Of a stretch of DNA of 64,000 bases, positions 23,689 to 33,956 are shown in pieces; position 1 is the stretch's first letter; each line of letters begins with the position of its first letter. The stretch lies in the IMG/VR virus record IMGVR_UViG_3300025387_000009; one strand, 5' to 3'. The position numbers and the translations under genes were made by a program. Source of the DNA: a virus (Duplodnaviria; Caudoviricetes). The notes beneath the pieces were generated by a model. The model searched no databases, was not told where the DNA came from, and saw only the letters and a list, made by a program, of their open reading frames with translations.

Positions 23689-24174
23689 TTATCTAACTCT
23701 TATTCTTATTTTATTATTTAAAGCGGCGGATTCAGGTGGGATATACTCTGCCGCCGGTACGGGATTCTGAGAAGGTTGCTCTCCTGCTATATTTGCAACA
23801 TCAATTATATGCAATCCAATCTTTCTTATTCCCTTTAAAGCAAATTTTCCTATCTTATAAAAACGAATTAACTTTGTCTTTTGTTTATCACTTAGTGACG
23901 GATTGTTTCTAACCGCTGACGCAATCTTATCTATAGCTTGAGATAAGAAAACAAAGCTATCTGTCAAATCATCAACTACGGTTCCAAGGGGCCACGGCAT
24001 ACTTGGAACCGATTGAGGTGGAGGATTGGTTAAATCGTCCTGATGTTGATACGGAAAATTCGGTGTATTTCTGGCTGATTGTGGAGTGAAATCTTTTCTA
24101 GCTGGTGAGCTATAGGCAGGATAAGACTTATTAGCAGTATCATATACTTCTGTTATGATCTTATCCAGTTCCAT
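23689..24174 (-). CDS. Hypothetical protein
   Basis: ORF track; 1-nt junction with upstream gene. Confidence 0.75.
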   Translation of the reverse strand: MELDKIITEVYDTANKSYPAYSSPARKDFTPQSARNTPNFPYQHQDDLTNPPPQSVPSMPWPLGTVVDDLTDSFVFLSQAIDKIASAVRNNPSLSDKQKTKLIRFYKIGKFALKGIRKIGLHIIDVANIAGEQPSQNPVPAAEYIPPESAALNNKIRIRVR

Positions 24175-24175
24175 T

Positions 24176-24358
24176 TTACTTTAAATTGCCAATTCTAACT
24201 AAATTGTTACATCTCCCGCACATCCAACGACACTCTTGAACTACTGACTTTGTTTTTGGATCTTGCTTCGGTGTAACTCTGCCCTGTACTTGTGCACCAC
24301 AAAAAGTGCAAGCAATAGGACGATTCTCTAATGTTTGATATTGAGGATTATTATTCAT
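24176..24358 (-). CDS. Small Zn-ribbon protein
   Basis: CTFC...CGRC; start moved to ATG 24358, 7 nt after TAAGTA. Confidence 0.7.
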   Translation of the reverse strand: MNNNPQYQTLENRPIACTFCGAQVQGRVTPKQDPKTKSVVQECRWMCGRCNNLVRIGNLK

Positions 24359-24368
24359 CGTATTATAC

Positions 24369-25262
24369 TTACTTATTATCTGATGGTTTCCAACTATCTT
24401 TATGAGAGTTTTCTTTATGATGTTGAGCCTTATTAGCTTCATCTTGTTGAACAGCAAGCTGAAGTTCTTTAAACTTATGGGTAATAAAGCGACAGAGTTC
24501 AGAACGAACAATATCATCTTCTGTTAATTCCATGCAGAAAATACCCTGTTGTCTTGATTCTTCGTTATTGAACAATTCAAAAACTTTATTAAATCCTGAT
24601 TTACCAGCAGGAAGATCGCTTTGTTCTGGGTCACCACAAAGGAATACCTTTGAGAATTCACCGATACGACTCATAAGAGTGTGAATTTCTCTTCTAGAGA
24701 AGTTCTGAACTTCATCAGCACAAACAAACTTTGCTGAGAAGTGAAGACCTCTTGCAAAGTTAATTGGACAAATTGTTAAACGGTTATCTTTTTGTAGTCT
24801 GTCCAACTGAGCTTTGCAGAGAAGTTCTTCAAATTTGTCATGGAAAGGCGTAAGATATACTGCAATTTTTTCATCCAGTGTGCCTGGCAAGAATCCCAAT
24901 TTTGAATCTGAAGATTCAACTGCTGAACGAACCAATACCATATCGGAAATTCTTCTTCTATTAAGAAGAGTTAAACCGCAATACATAGCAAGAGTTGTTT
25001 TAGATGTTCCTGCGGGTCCTTTTAATAAAAGAACTTTCGTTTCTTTATTCAAGAACTGTGCAATGATTTTCTTTTGATTATCAGTCCACGGAAGTTCTTT
25101 AATAGATAGTTCAAAATTTATTTTATCTCTTTGAAATACATATAAAGAATTATCTTTATTCTCGCCATCTTCGCAAGGAGCCGATGTTGTTGTTACGTGA
25201 CGAGTTCTTCCAGATTGAGGTCTGTCTGAACCCTTTTTCTTGGGGCGCATTTTTTTGCTCAT
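24369..25262 (-). CDS. phoH: PhoH-family ATPase
   Basis: GPAGTSKT, LGFLPGTLDEK, ARG, DEVQN, GDPEQSDL. Confidence 0.93.
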   Translation of the reverse strand: MSKKMRPKKKGSDRPQSGRTRHVTTTSAPCEDGENKDNSLYVFQRDKINFELSIKELPWTDNQKKIIAQFLNKETKVLLLKGPAGTSKTTLAMYCGLTLLNRRRISDMVLVRSAVESSDSKLGFLPGTLDEKIAVYLTPFHDKFEELLCKAQLDRLQKDNRLTICPINFARGLHFSAKFVCADEVQNFSRREIHTLMSRIGEFSKVFLCGDPEQSDLPAGKSGFNKVFELFNNEESRQQGIFCMELTEDDIVRSELCRFITHKFKELQLAVQQDEANKAQHHKENSHKDSWKPSDNK

Positions 25263-25286
25263 AAATTATATTAACAAATATGTTAA

Positions 25287-25715
25287 TTAGGGTTGAACTG
25301 TAGGCTGATTACCGGAACCCGATCCGTAGGTATTACCAGCGGTAACAGATCCTTGTGGAGTGTTAGTGCCACCAGTTTGATTTTCTGATGATGTAGAAGG
25401 CTCTTGTGAGCTACTATTTTTACCAATAGTAATACCAATTTTTTTAAGATGATCATCCAATTCTGGAGTAAGATTAACCTTTGTGATATCATTTACTGGA
25501 TGTTTTGGATCTATAACAGCCTGTAACTGTTCAACTGGTGTCATTTTATCAAATGGTTTATTTGGTGTTAATGCTTGAACTGCGGCTTCGGCTGCTTTTT
25601 TAACTCCATCGGGAGAGGAATTTAATTGCGCTTCCGATCTTTGAATATCGCTGGGCGTTAAACCAGTAGCCTCGGAAATATATTTTCTTAAAATTGCATC
25701 AAAATGATTGCTCAT
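25287..25715 (-). CDS. Hypothetical late protein with FDAILRKYISE leader
   Basis: ORF track; TAAGTA upstream. Confidence 0.7.
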   Translation of the reverse strand: MSNHFDAILRKYISEATGLTPSDIQRSEAQLNSSPDGVKKAAEAAVQALTPNKPFDKMTPVEQLQAVIDPKHPVNDITKVNLTPELDDHLKKIGITIGKNSSSQEPSTSSENQTGGTNTPQGSVTAGNTYGSGSGNQPTVQP

Positions 25716-25734
25716 AAAATTACTATAATATTAC

Positions 25735-26004
25735 TTACCAATCTTTACAAGCCTGATATTTAGGTGTGCCTGGTTTGGCTGATGAGCATTTGTGTCTTGC
25801 TCTAAATGACTTTCTTCTCTTTGCGTTATTTTTACCAACTCTTACGCCAGCTTGACCCCAGTGAATTCTTTTATATCCGCCCTTTGGGTTTTTTACGCAT
25901 TTCATCCATTTCTTTCCTTTTCTGGTTGAGTGTGTTTTCTGGGTTACTCTGGTGCAATTTGCTTCTTCTAAAACAGAAGCTACTAATAGATCATATTTTG
26001 TCAT
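25735..26004 (-). CDS. Small basic phage protein with RRKSFRARHKC motif
   Basis: Start moved to ATG 26004, 8 nt after TAAGTA; motif familiar from aquatic phage proteins. Confidence 0.75.
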   Translation of the reverse strand: MTKYDLLVASVLEEANCTRVTQKTHSTRKGKKWMKCVKNPKGGYKRIHWGQAGVRVGKNNAKRRKSFRARHKCSSAKPGTPKYQACKDW

Positions 26005-26069
26005 ATTAATATTACTTACTCTCAAAGAGAAATAAAAAAAGATTTTTATAAAATGGGTATTTTCTAGGA

Positions 26070-26075
26070 TAAATA
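26070..26075 (+). promoter_or_regulatory. Late-type promoter motif TAAATA
   Basis: 12 nt before the sheath ATG. Confidence 0.6.
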
Positions 26076-26087
26076 CATTTAGAAAAT

Positions 26088-28790
26088 ATGTCAACTTTAA
26101 CTATAACCTCACCAGGCGTTCAGATCAATGAGTTAGATCTTAGTTTAATATCTAACACAACAGGAAACACAAATGTTCTCGCTGTTGGTTTTGCTAACCA
26201 AGGTCCGACAAACGAACTTATCAACGTAAGCAGTATCAGTGAATATGAAAATGTTTTTGGTCTTCCATCAAATGCAGCAGAGCGTTATCTCTATCACAGT
26301 GCTCGTCAGATTTTAAACACCTCTCCTGCCAATTTAAATATTGTTAGATTGCCTTATGGTACTGGAGTTGGAAATGGTTATACAAGTAATCATAGCGCAT
26401 TAGTATATCCAGTTTCAACTAATACACCTCTCTTTTCAACTGCAACAAGTTATACACTATTAGAACCAGTTTCAATTCTCTTAAATGATGCACAATATGC
26501 TCAGCTTAAACAGAACAATATTACTTGGGGTGTAAGTCCTTATACCTCCACTACAGTTCAAGTTACTTCTGGTACTGTTACTGGATCAACTAGTGCTGCT
26601 GTACTTTCTTCATACTATGCATCAAACTTCATTAATGCTTCCGATGTTATCAGTACATCCTTTAGTTCAATTAATTCTGCTATCAGCGTATCATACTATC
26701 CACACATTGCATCAACCGTAAGTATAAATCTTGTACCTACATTTGGTGCTATTACATCAGCATATGCTCTTTCTGGATATGCTAACACTTTTGTTGGTAA
26801 TACCACAGCTTACTATAACAGTAATAATATTAACTTGATTACAACACCAAACTATGTATTATCAAGTAGTCAGGTTGGAACATTAACAGCAGCTTCAACT
26901 CTCACAGGTTATACAACAGCATATAACGGAAGTTATAATCTCCAGCCTTTCACTGGATTCGGTAGCTTATCATCAAATTTTGTTAGTGGTTTAGTAGTTA
27001 TCAATGAATCAAAGACAACTATCGATAATCTTTATCAAGGATATTATGTTGCAATTGCATCCAATCAAGGTGTAAACCCAGCAACAAACTTTAATAGTGT
27101 AACTGGTGTAAGATCAGTTTATCAAATCGATTCAAATGGCGTAACTCAAGATTATATCACAGTACCAACTAATAGATTTAATACACCAACTACGACGAAT
27201 TACGGACCTTTAACTTCGACCTATAACAATTTCGGACCTGCAAGTATTTCGCAAATTGTTGAACAATTCCCAACAGGTTATAACTGGGCTTCCCCATCGT
27301 ATCAAGATAGTTTATCAATTGTTCTCTTTAAGATCAATACATCAACTTATAATCAAGATACAATTAAGTTATCTTATGCTGCGGCTGAAGGTTATGTCGG
27401 TTCACTTTATTCAAAGAGAACCCAAAGTAATGCAAATGGCGGTGCACCTGTAACATTCTTCATCGATGATGTTGTAAATAATGCATCAAAGAATATCAGT
27501 GTTCGTACAAACCCATACATCTCATCAAATGGTAACTGGACAGGATCAACAAATAATCTTAATCAGTATATTCCGCCTAAACAGGTAGGAGTTGCACCAG
27601 TTGCCCAAAACATCTATGCTTCTGGTTTATATCAATCAACGACTGATTATACTACAAAGGATGTTGGCAATATTCCAGCAAAATTACAGACGGTTTTAAA
27701 TACAATTCAAAACGATGATACAATTCAACTTGATATCTCAATTGAAGCTGGATTAGGAACTATTTGGGCAAGTTGTAATGCATTATCTTCAGTATCACCA
27801 GCTGGCACACCATTATATTATTCTGAGTCATACAACTATCAGTTTAATCTTGGAACCACTGCTGACGCTGGCGCACCAAGTACTGGCTTATATGATATCA
27901 CACAAGGTGCTTCATCTGGAACCGCTCCTTGGGCAAGTGGTGCTGGCGCAGATTACTTAAGTGTAGCTCAGCAGTTCGTTTCCCTTGCAAATGACACAAG
28001 AAAAGATCACATCTTTATTGCTGATCCAATCAGACATTTGTTAATTCAGGGTACAGATAATAAAGTTACCGCAAATCCAAACTTTGTTTTCTCAAATGAT
28101 GTATATTGGCCCCTCAACAATCAGTTTGGTTCAATCAATAGTAGTTATGTAACAACATACGCTAACTGGATCAAATACAATGATGCAACATCAAACAAAT
28201 TAGTTTGGATTCCATCATCTGGATATGTTGCAGCTAAGATGGCTACATCATTCCAGCAAACATTCCCTTGGAATGCAGTTGCTGGATTTACAAGAGGCGG
28301 ATTAGATAATGTTGTAGATCTCGCAATTAACCCAACCCAAAAGCAGAGAGATTTACTCTATAAGGTAAACTTAAACCCAATTGCATACTTCGCAAACGAA
28401 GGTTATGTAATCTATGGTCAGAAGACCCTTTATAGAACACCATCTGCCTTTGATAGAATCAATGTACGTGAGTTGTTCTTGGTATTAGAAAAACAAACTC
28501 AAGCATTACTCAAATACTTTGTATTCGAACCAAATACTTATACAACACAGACAAGATTAGTTGCCGCATTGAAGCCATTATTTGATAATGCAAAAATCAA
28601 CAACGGTTTATATAACTACTTGATTGTTTGTGATAGTAGAAATAATACACCAGATATTATCGATGCTAATGAATTGAAGGTATCAATTTATATCCAACCA
28701 GTTAAAACCGCTGAATTCATCTTGTGTGACTTCATCGCAACACAAACAGGAGTAGACTTCAGCGAATTAGTTGCTAATAACCAATTCTAA
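26088..28790 (+). CDS. gp18: Tail sheath protein
   Basis: SPGVQINELD N-terminus; PWNAVAGFTRG, LYKVNLNPI, GQKTL, AFDRINVRELF, FEPN, IQPVKTAEFI. Confidence 0.96.
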   Translation: MSTLTITSPGVQINELDLSLISNTTGNTNVLAVGFANQGPTNELINVSSISEYENVFGLPSNAAERYLYHSARQILNTSPANLNIVRLPYGTGVGNGYTSNHSALVYPVSTNTPLFSTATSYTLLEPVSILLNDAQYAQLKQNNITWGVSPYTSTTVQVTSGTVTGSTSAAVLSSYYASNFINASDVISTSFSSINSAISVSYYPHIASTVSINLVPTFGAITSAYALSGYANTFVGNTTAYYNSNNINLITTPNYVLSSSQVGTLTAASTLTGYTTAYNGSYNLQPFTGFGSLSSNFVSGLVVINESKTTIDNLYQGYYVAIASNQGVNPATNFNSVTGVRSVYQIDSNGVTQDYITVPTNRFNTPTTTNYGPLTSTYNNFGPASISQIVEQFPTGYNWASPSYQDSLSIVLFKINTSTYNQDTIKLSYAAAEGYVGSLYSKRTQSNANGGAPVTFFIDDVVNNASKNISVRTNPYISSNGNWTGSTNNLNQYIPPKQVGVAPVAQNIYASGLYQSTTDYTTKDVGNIPAKLQTVLNTIQNDDTIQLDISIEAGLGTIWASCNALSSVSPAGTPLYYSESYNYQFNLGTTADAGAPSTGLYDITQGASSGTAPWASGAGADYLSVAQQFVSLANDTRKDHIFIADPIRHLLIQGTDNKVTANPNFVFSNDVYWPLNNQFGSINSSYVTTYANWIKYNDATSNKLVWIPSSGYVAAKMATSFQQTFPWNAVAGFTRGGLDNVVDLAINPTQKQRDLLYKVNLNPIAYFANEGYVIYGQKTLYRTPSAFDRINVRELFLVLEKQTQALLKYFVFEPNTYTTQTRLVAALKPLFDNAKINNGLYNYLIVCDSRNNTPDIIDANELKVSIYIQPVKTAEFILCDFIATQTGVDFSELVANNQF

Positions 28791-28806
28791 TTGTATACAA
28801 CAAGGA

Positions 28807-28812
28807 TAAATA
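28807..28812 (+). promoter_or_regulatory. Late-type promoter motif TAAATA
   Basis: 7 nt before the tube ATG. Confidence 0.7.
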
Positions 28813-28819
28813 TTAATAT

Positions 28820-29359
28820 ATGAGCGGAATACTTGACACATACGGAATCGAAAACTTCTACAATGCAGCATCACAAAATGATTTTGCAAGAAAGAATTTA
28901 TTCAGAGTAGTCTCAATCGGTGGAACAACTTTTAACACCGACGAATTACTTTACATCACAACAACAACCATGCCAGCAAAGGCAATCCAAAACGTTGAAC
29001 TTCCTTTCATGGGATTGAAGTTCAACGTGCCAGGCACAGTGAATTATCCAAACAGTGCAGGTTGGAAGGTTGAGTTCCGTTTACCTCAAAATATTTCAAT
29101 TCGTACAAAACTTGAACAGTGGATTAATTCAATTTTTGATGATGCCACAAGTACAGGAAATTATAATATCCCATCAACAAATGCTGCTAATTCAATTATC
29201 TTAGTATTAATTGATAAGCAAGGTAATCCTCTTGAAACCTATACCCTTTACGGTGCTTGGTTACAAGAAGTTGGAGAGCTTGCATTAGATATTACAAATG
29301 CTGGTGAAGTATTAACACAAAGTGCTACGATTGCTTATCAGTATTGGAGAAAATCCTAA
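28820..29359 (+). CDS. gp19: Tail tube protein
   Basis: Follows sheath; R.NLF.V, LPFMG..FNVPG, W...F, 179 aa. Confidence 0.88.
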   Translation: MSGILDTYGIENFYNAASQNDFARKNLFRVVSIGGTTFNTDELLYITTTTMPAKAIQNVELPFMGLKFNVPGTVNYPNSAGWKVEFRLPQNISIRTKLEQWINSIFDDATSTGNYNIPSTNAANSIILVLIDKQGNPLETYTLYGAWLQEVGELALDITNAGEVLTQSATIAYQYWRKS

Positions 29360-29387
29360 TATTAAGCATTAAGGCATAAATATTATT

Positions 29388-30104
29388 ATGCCACCAATTA
29401 ATACATTTGGTTATAATAGTACATACGAATACTATCTAGCGTTACTGGGTAGTTGGCCCACTAATCTAGCTTTAGCTAGTCAATGGTATTTGCAATTTAC
29501 ATCGTTAAATGATATTAACGCTTTATCAAATAACTTTGCTAATATATTAAATACCTATGAAAACAGTTCAAATTGGCAATATAGTCAATATGCTACTAGT
29601 GTTTTATTAGGTAATACGTTTCAAAATGCCCCTTATATTGGTTGTGCTTGGGCGAGAGAAGTTGACTTACCAGGTGAAACAATAAACGCCTCTCATGAAG
29701 GATTAGAATACGGAGGATATCAATCCCCTGCTATATCTGACACGAGAAAAAAATATGAAAAGTTATCAGTAACAATGTTAGAAACAAATGCATCATTTAT
29801 TGATTTAATTTTAAGACCTTGGGCAATTGCAGTTGGTTATAATGGATTGGTTGCAAGAGATAAATCATCTCAAAAATATGTAAAATGTGGTCAATTAGAC
29901 ATCGTAATGCTTGCAAAAACTGGTTATGGTAGTCCAATGGCTCCTAGAAAAGTTTACAGTTTTAGTAATGTTGCACCTGTTACAATTCCTCCAGAATCAT
30001 ATTCTTATATGGAAGAAGGTTTAAGAACAAGTCCCGTTGAATTTGTTTTTGATTCATATTGGGTGTCAGATGCAGCTACTGGATCTTTAATACAATCTCT
30101 CTAA
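29388..30104 (+). CDS. Tube-fold baseplate protein (gp54/gp48-like)
   Basis: gp19-like pattern (VDLPGE, LSVTMLET, F.NVAP); position; TAAATA 5 nt upstream. Confidence 0.65.
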   Translation: MPPINTFGYNSTYEYYLALLGSWPTNLALASQWYLQFTSLNDINALSNNFANILNTYENSSNWQYSQYATSVLLGNTFQNAPYIGCAWAREVDLPGETINASHEGLEYGGYQSPAISDTRKKYEKLSVTMLETNASFIDLILRPWAIAVGYNGLVARDKSSQKYVKCGQLDIVMLAKTGYGSPMAPRKVYSFSNVAPVTIPPESYSYMEEGLRTSPVEFVFDSYWVSDAATGSLIQSL

Positions 30105-30112
30105 GTTATTGA

Positions 30113-31084
30113 GTGGAATACTATAACTATAGTACTGAATTACCCTTTTCTGGTAAAAAGATTAGGTTTAAGGAAATTACAACCCAACAACAAATAGCTT
30201 TGGCAAAGGCTAATTTGTCGTTTCCTAATACTAAAAATAACTATTTTGATTATAATGATTTTGTTTTAAAAACCATTAAAAATTCCTTAGAAAATAAAGA
30301 AGAATTAGACGATATTAATATCGTAGATTATGTTTTATTTTTAACAAAATTGAGAATAATAAGTGTAGGTTCTATCATAGAGTTAATTACCAAAACTGAT
30401 AATCAGGAATTTAAAACGGCAAAAACTACGATTGATTTAAATTTATTTTTAAAAAATTTATATTTTGGTGCAACCGAAGCTATTAAGGAAAACTTAATAA
30501 CTGAAGGTAATATGGAAATTAAGATCGGTTGGCCCACCGTAAAATCGATAAAAACCTTTCAACAGATAATTGATAACGATTACAAAATAATATTCGATAG
30601 TTTTCAAGAATTTATTGAGTATATAAAAATCGATGACAAAAAAATAATTTTTTCTAATTTTAATTCTACACAGCGAAATGAAATTTTTTGCAAACTATCC
30701 GTTTCAATGCTCAAAAAAGTTCAAGAATTGATTTTAGAAAACGTAAAAAAGTTAAATCAATGTAATCTATTTGGCATAGAATCATTTAAAAATAATACCT
30801 TTAATCTTTATAATCTTTCCTTTATTGATTTTATAAGACTATTTTTTACATATGACGTAAGATCACTCTATCAGGAAATCTACTTTATGGCAGGAGAGAA
30901 CCTGTTACCTGAATATGTATTAACAATTTCACCAGCCGAAAGAAAAGTATATTCATCTATTATAATAGAAACACGAAAGAAGAGAGAAAATAGCCAAAAT
31001 GATGGAGTTGACAACATGATTAAGAGTAATTCTAGTAAAACGGTTAGGGATTTGGCACTTGAATTTGGACAAACACCACCCTAA
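30113..31084 (+). CDS. Baseplate hub assembly protein (gp26/gp51-like)
   Basis: ELPFSGKKIRFKEIT, LRIISVG and AERKVY patterns; position. Confidence 0.6.
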   Translation: MEYYNYSTELPFSGKKIRFKEITTQQQIALAKANLSFPNTKNNYFDYNDFVLKTIKNSLENKEELDDINIVDYVLFLTKLRIISVGSIIELITKTDNQEFKTAKTTIDLNLFLKNLYFGATEAIKENLITEGNMEIKIGWPTVKSIKTFQQIIDNDYKIIFDSFQEFIEYIKIDDKKIIFSNFNSTQRNEIFCKLSVSMLKKVQELILENVKKLNQCNLFGIESFKNNTFNLYNLSFIDFIRLFFTYDVRSLYQEIYFMAGENLLPEYVLTISPAERKVYSSIIIETRKKRENSQNDGVDNMIKSNSSKTVRDLALEFGQTPP

Positions 31085-31092
31085 ATAATAAC

Positions 31093-31902
31093 ATGACAGA
31101 AGAAAATACAATTTTAGATTTTAATTCAGCGATTAATGCTCTCAATAGCATATCAGAATCGTTCAAAATTGACGTTTATATTCCTTCAAAGCAAAAGACC
31201 ATATCATTTAAAGAAATTGATGCAAAGCAACAAAAAAGCCTTTTAAGCGCAGCTATTGACAATTCAGTTTACAACTCTGATTTCATTAAAACTTTTTATT
31301 CTATCTTAAAAGAGAATATTTTAGCAGAAGACAAGTCAATTGTTGATGAATTGACCATAACAGATAGATCGTTTATCGCAATTGCTTTAAAATCACAGAT
31401 TTCAGAAGAGTTAAATGTTAAATTTACGGATGAAGTTTCATCTAAAATAAACTTAAAGGATGTTATTTCTAAATTCACAACTTATAAAACGCCATCTTTA
31501 ACTGAAGTTGAACTTAAAAACGAGTCTGTTACTTTAACTGTTGGTATAACCTTGCCAACTATTAAGATAGAAGTAGATTACGAAGAGAATTTCTATAAAG
31601 ATTATAAGAAAGTAGATCAAATTAAGACTAATAAAGATGTACAAGATATTATATCTGATGCATTTATATCAGAAACCTCAAAATATATCAGTTATGTCAA
31701 TATAAATGGGGCAAAATATGATTTTAACACTTTAACTTTCAATCAAAAAATTAGAGTTGTTGAAAAACTTCCATCGGGATTGATTCAAAAAGTTTTAGAA
31801 CAAGTGTCAAAATGGAAAAATGATATTGATTCTGTTTTAACTGTTACTAATGGTGATCTTAAGAGGGTTATTGCTATAGATAGTTTATTATTTTTAAGTT
31901 AA
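31093..31902 (+). CDS. Baseplate hub assembly protein (gp26-like paralog)
   Basis: YIPSKQKTISFKEI pattern similar to the upstream gene; TAAATA 5 nt upstream. Confidence 0.55.
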   Translation: MTEENTILDFNSAINALNSISESFKIDVYIPSKQKTISFKEIDAKQQKSLLSAAIDNSVYNSDFIKTFYSILKENILAEDKSIVDELTITDRSFIAIALKSQISEELNVKFTDEVSSKINLKDVISKFTTYKTPSLTEVELKNESVTLTVGITLPTIKIEVDYEENFYKDYKKVDQIKTNKDVQDIISDAFISETSKYISYVNINGAKYDFNTLTFNQKIRVVEKLPSGLIQKVLEQVSKWKNDIDSVLTVTNGDLKRVIAIDSLLFLS

Positions 31903-31921
31903 GCTTAAACCATCTTTGCCA

Positions 31922-31929
31922 TATAAATA
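31922..31929 (+). promoter_or_regulatory. T4 late promoter consensus TATAAATA
   Basis: Exact T4 gp55 consensus, 6 nt before ATG 31936. Confidence 0.75.
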
Positions 31930-31935
31930 TTATAT

Positions 31936-33954
31936 ATGGCAGAAGACATTCTAAAAGTCCTAGATAGCGTTAGAGATAGTTTTAGTGGGGAGATTGATAC
32001 CCAGAACTTTATCGATAGACTTTTATTTGGTGATGATAGTGCTTATATAAATGATTTTCATTCTGCTTTTAAAGAAAATTATTTTCTTCCTGTTACCGGA
32101 AAAATAAAAGATTTTTATTCTTTAATAAAAAAGAAATTAGATACTGTAAACAATACCACTATTGACAAGTTGACCGATCCCTTTGGGCTTTCAAGTATTA
32201 ATAAAGAATACGAAGATGCAATTAAACAATATAAAGCAAACATGGAAAAATTTCTTAATAAGAAATTTGAATCAACTGAAGAAAAAAATCCAAATGCTTT
32301 AAACTTAAAACAAAATCGAGCAGGTCAATATGTAGATCAGAATAATAGATTTGTATCTAATGAGGTAAGAGATCAATTTCTTGCACAACAAGCAGCAGCA
32401 AAACCAGCAGAAAATTTAAATAGAGTAAGTCAACCTATTCAAAATATAATTCCTGATTCGGTAAAAAATACAAACCCAAGCCAAGCTCTCGATCAAGAAC
32501 AAAAGAATTTCGGTCCTCAAGAAATATTAATTAACTTTTCAAAAAACGGTAAACAATTTTTAACAGAACTTCTAGATAATGAATTTAAAAAATTACCTAA
32601 ACCATCTGTTAACGTTAATAATGTTAAAGCAGAAGATAAAAATTCTCCAACTTGGTTATTAGCAAGTTTAATACTAGGGTTAATATCAGATGCGATATTA
32701 TTGACTAAGAAATTAGGTGGTGCTTTTGAAGCATTAATTAAAAATCCAATAACTAGATTAATGGGTATTTTAGAAGATGAAGGACTTTATAAATTTGCTG
32801 ACTATAAAGCATGGTTTGAATTACGTTGGGAAAAATATATCTGGGAACCGCTGAAATCGAAATTTCCAAGTTTAGAAGAGTTAGGAACTAAATTTGAAAT
32901 TTTTGGCAGTAGAATTGTTAAATTTAAAGATTCTATTGTACAAGGATTAAAATTAGATGACCTAGGTGCATGGATTTCTCTTCGTTGGGAGCAATATATA
33001 AAAAATCCAATAACAAAAGTATTTGGTGAAATACCAAAAAGTTTTGAAGGCGTAACTCAGTTGGGTGAACGCTTATTAGGATGGGTTACTAAATTCAGAG
33101 GACCACTTAGTTATATAATGGAAGGACTTGAGGCAATCGCTAGAATTTTTACTATTCCTGTAATGGCAGCTATAAGTGGTATTATAGATGGATTTAGAAC
33201 TCTTTTTAGTGTTTTTGGAGATGATAAACTTTCGTTTATACAAAAAACAACTGCTGTTGTTACTGGGTTTTTTGGTGGTGTAGGTAGTTTGGCAGGTGAT
33301 TTTGTAAAATTAATTGGAGATATAATATCCCTTATTCCTGGTTTACATGGTGTTGGCTCGGCAATAGAAAAAATCGCTAGTGTTATGGATACTCATAATT
33401 TGGGTAAACAGGCTGCTGATACCATGAAAGAAGTAAAGGAGTCTGGTGGCATTGTAAACGCTGGAAAAGATGTATTAAAAGGTATTTTTTCTTTTAAGGA
33501 AGGAGTTCAACCAGAAGATAGGGAAGCGTATAAACAACTTGAAAGTTATAAAAATGCAACCCCCGAAAGAAAAAAACAAATTGATGAAATGCAAGCTAAT
33601 TATTATAAAGGATTAGATGAAAAAAGTAAAACTGTAGCAACGCAAGACGCAGAGATTAGCGCAACTGAAATTAGAGGTGCGGATGGTAAAACTTATATTC
33701 CAAATAAAACAGAAGATACAATAATAGCTACTAAATCTGGTGGTTCAATAGATAAGTCTATTAGTAACTTAAATAAAACTGTAGCAAGTTTAGCTTTAGC
33801 AATTGGTAAAATGCAAACCGATAACAATCAATCACAAAATAATGTTTCTGCTGTTAACATAACAGCAAATAATAATTCTAAATCCTCTTCACGAGATCCA
33901 ATACACGATATGAGAATTGGACATTATATATTATCAGGGAGGGGAATGGCTTAA
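31936..33954 (+). CDS. Tape measure protein (gp29-like)
   Basis: 672 aa, helical, G/A-rich hydrophobic middle, internal repeat; position in tail module. Confidence 0.7.
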   Translation: MAEDILKVLDSVRDSFSGEIDTQNFIDRLLFGDDSAYINDFHSAFKENYFLPVTGKIKDFYSLIKKKLDTVNNTTIDKLTDPFGLSSINKEYEDAIKQYKANMEKFLNKKFESTEEKNPNALNLKQNRAGQYVDQNNRFVSNEVRDQFLAQQAAAKPAENLNRVSQPIQNIIPDSVKNTNPSQALDQEQKNFGPQEILINFSKNGKQFLTELLDNEFKKLPKPSVNVNNVKAEDKNSPTWLLASLILGLISDAILLTKKLGGAFEALIKNPITRLMGILEDEGLYKFADYKAWFELRWEKYIWEPLKSKFPSLEELGTKFEIFGSRIVKFKDSIVQGLKLDDLGAWISLRWEQYIKNPITKVFGEIPKSFEGVTQLGERLLGWVTKFRGPLSYIMEGLEAIARIFTIPVMAAISGIIDGFRTLFSVFGDDKLSFIQKTTAVVTGFFGGVGSLAGDFVKLIGDIISLIPGLHGVGSAIEKIASVMDTHNLGKQAADTMKEVKESGGIVNAGKDVLKGIFSFKEGVQPEDREAYKQLESYKNATPERKKQIDEMQANYYKGLDEKSKTVATQDAEISATEIRGADGKTYIPNKTEDTIIATKSGGSIDKSISNLNKTVASLALAIGKMQTDNNQSQNNVSAVNITANNNSKSSSRDPIHDMRIGHYILSGRGMA

Positions 33955-33956
33955 TT

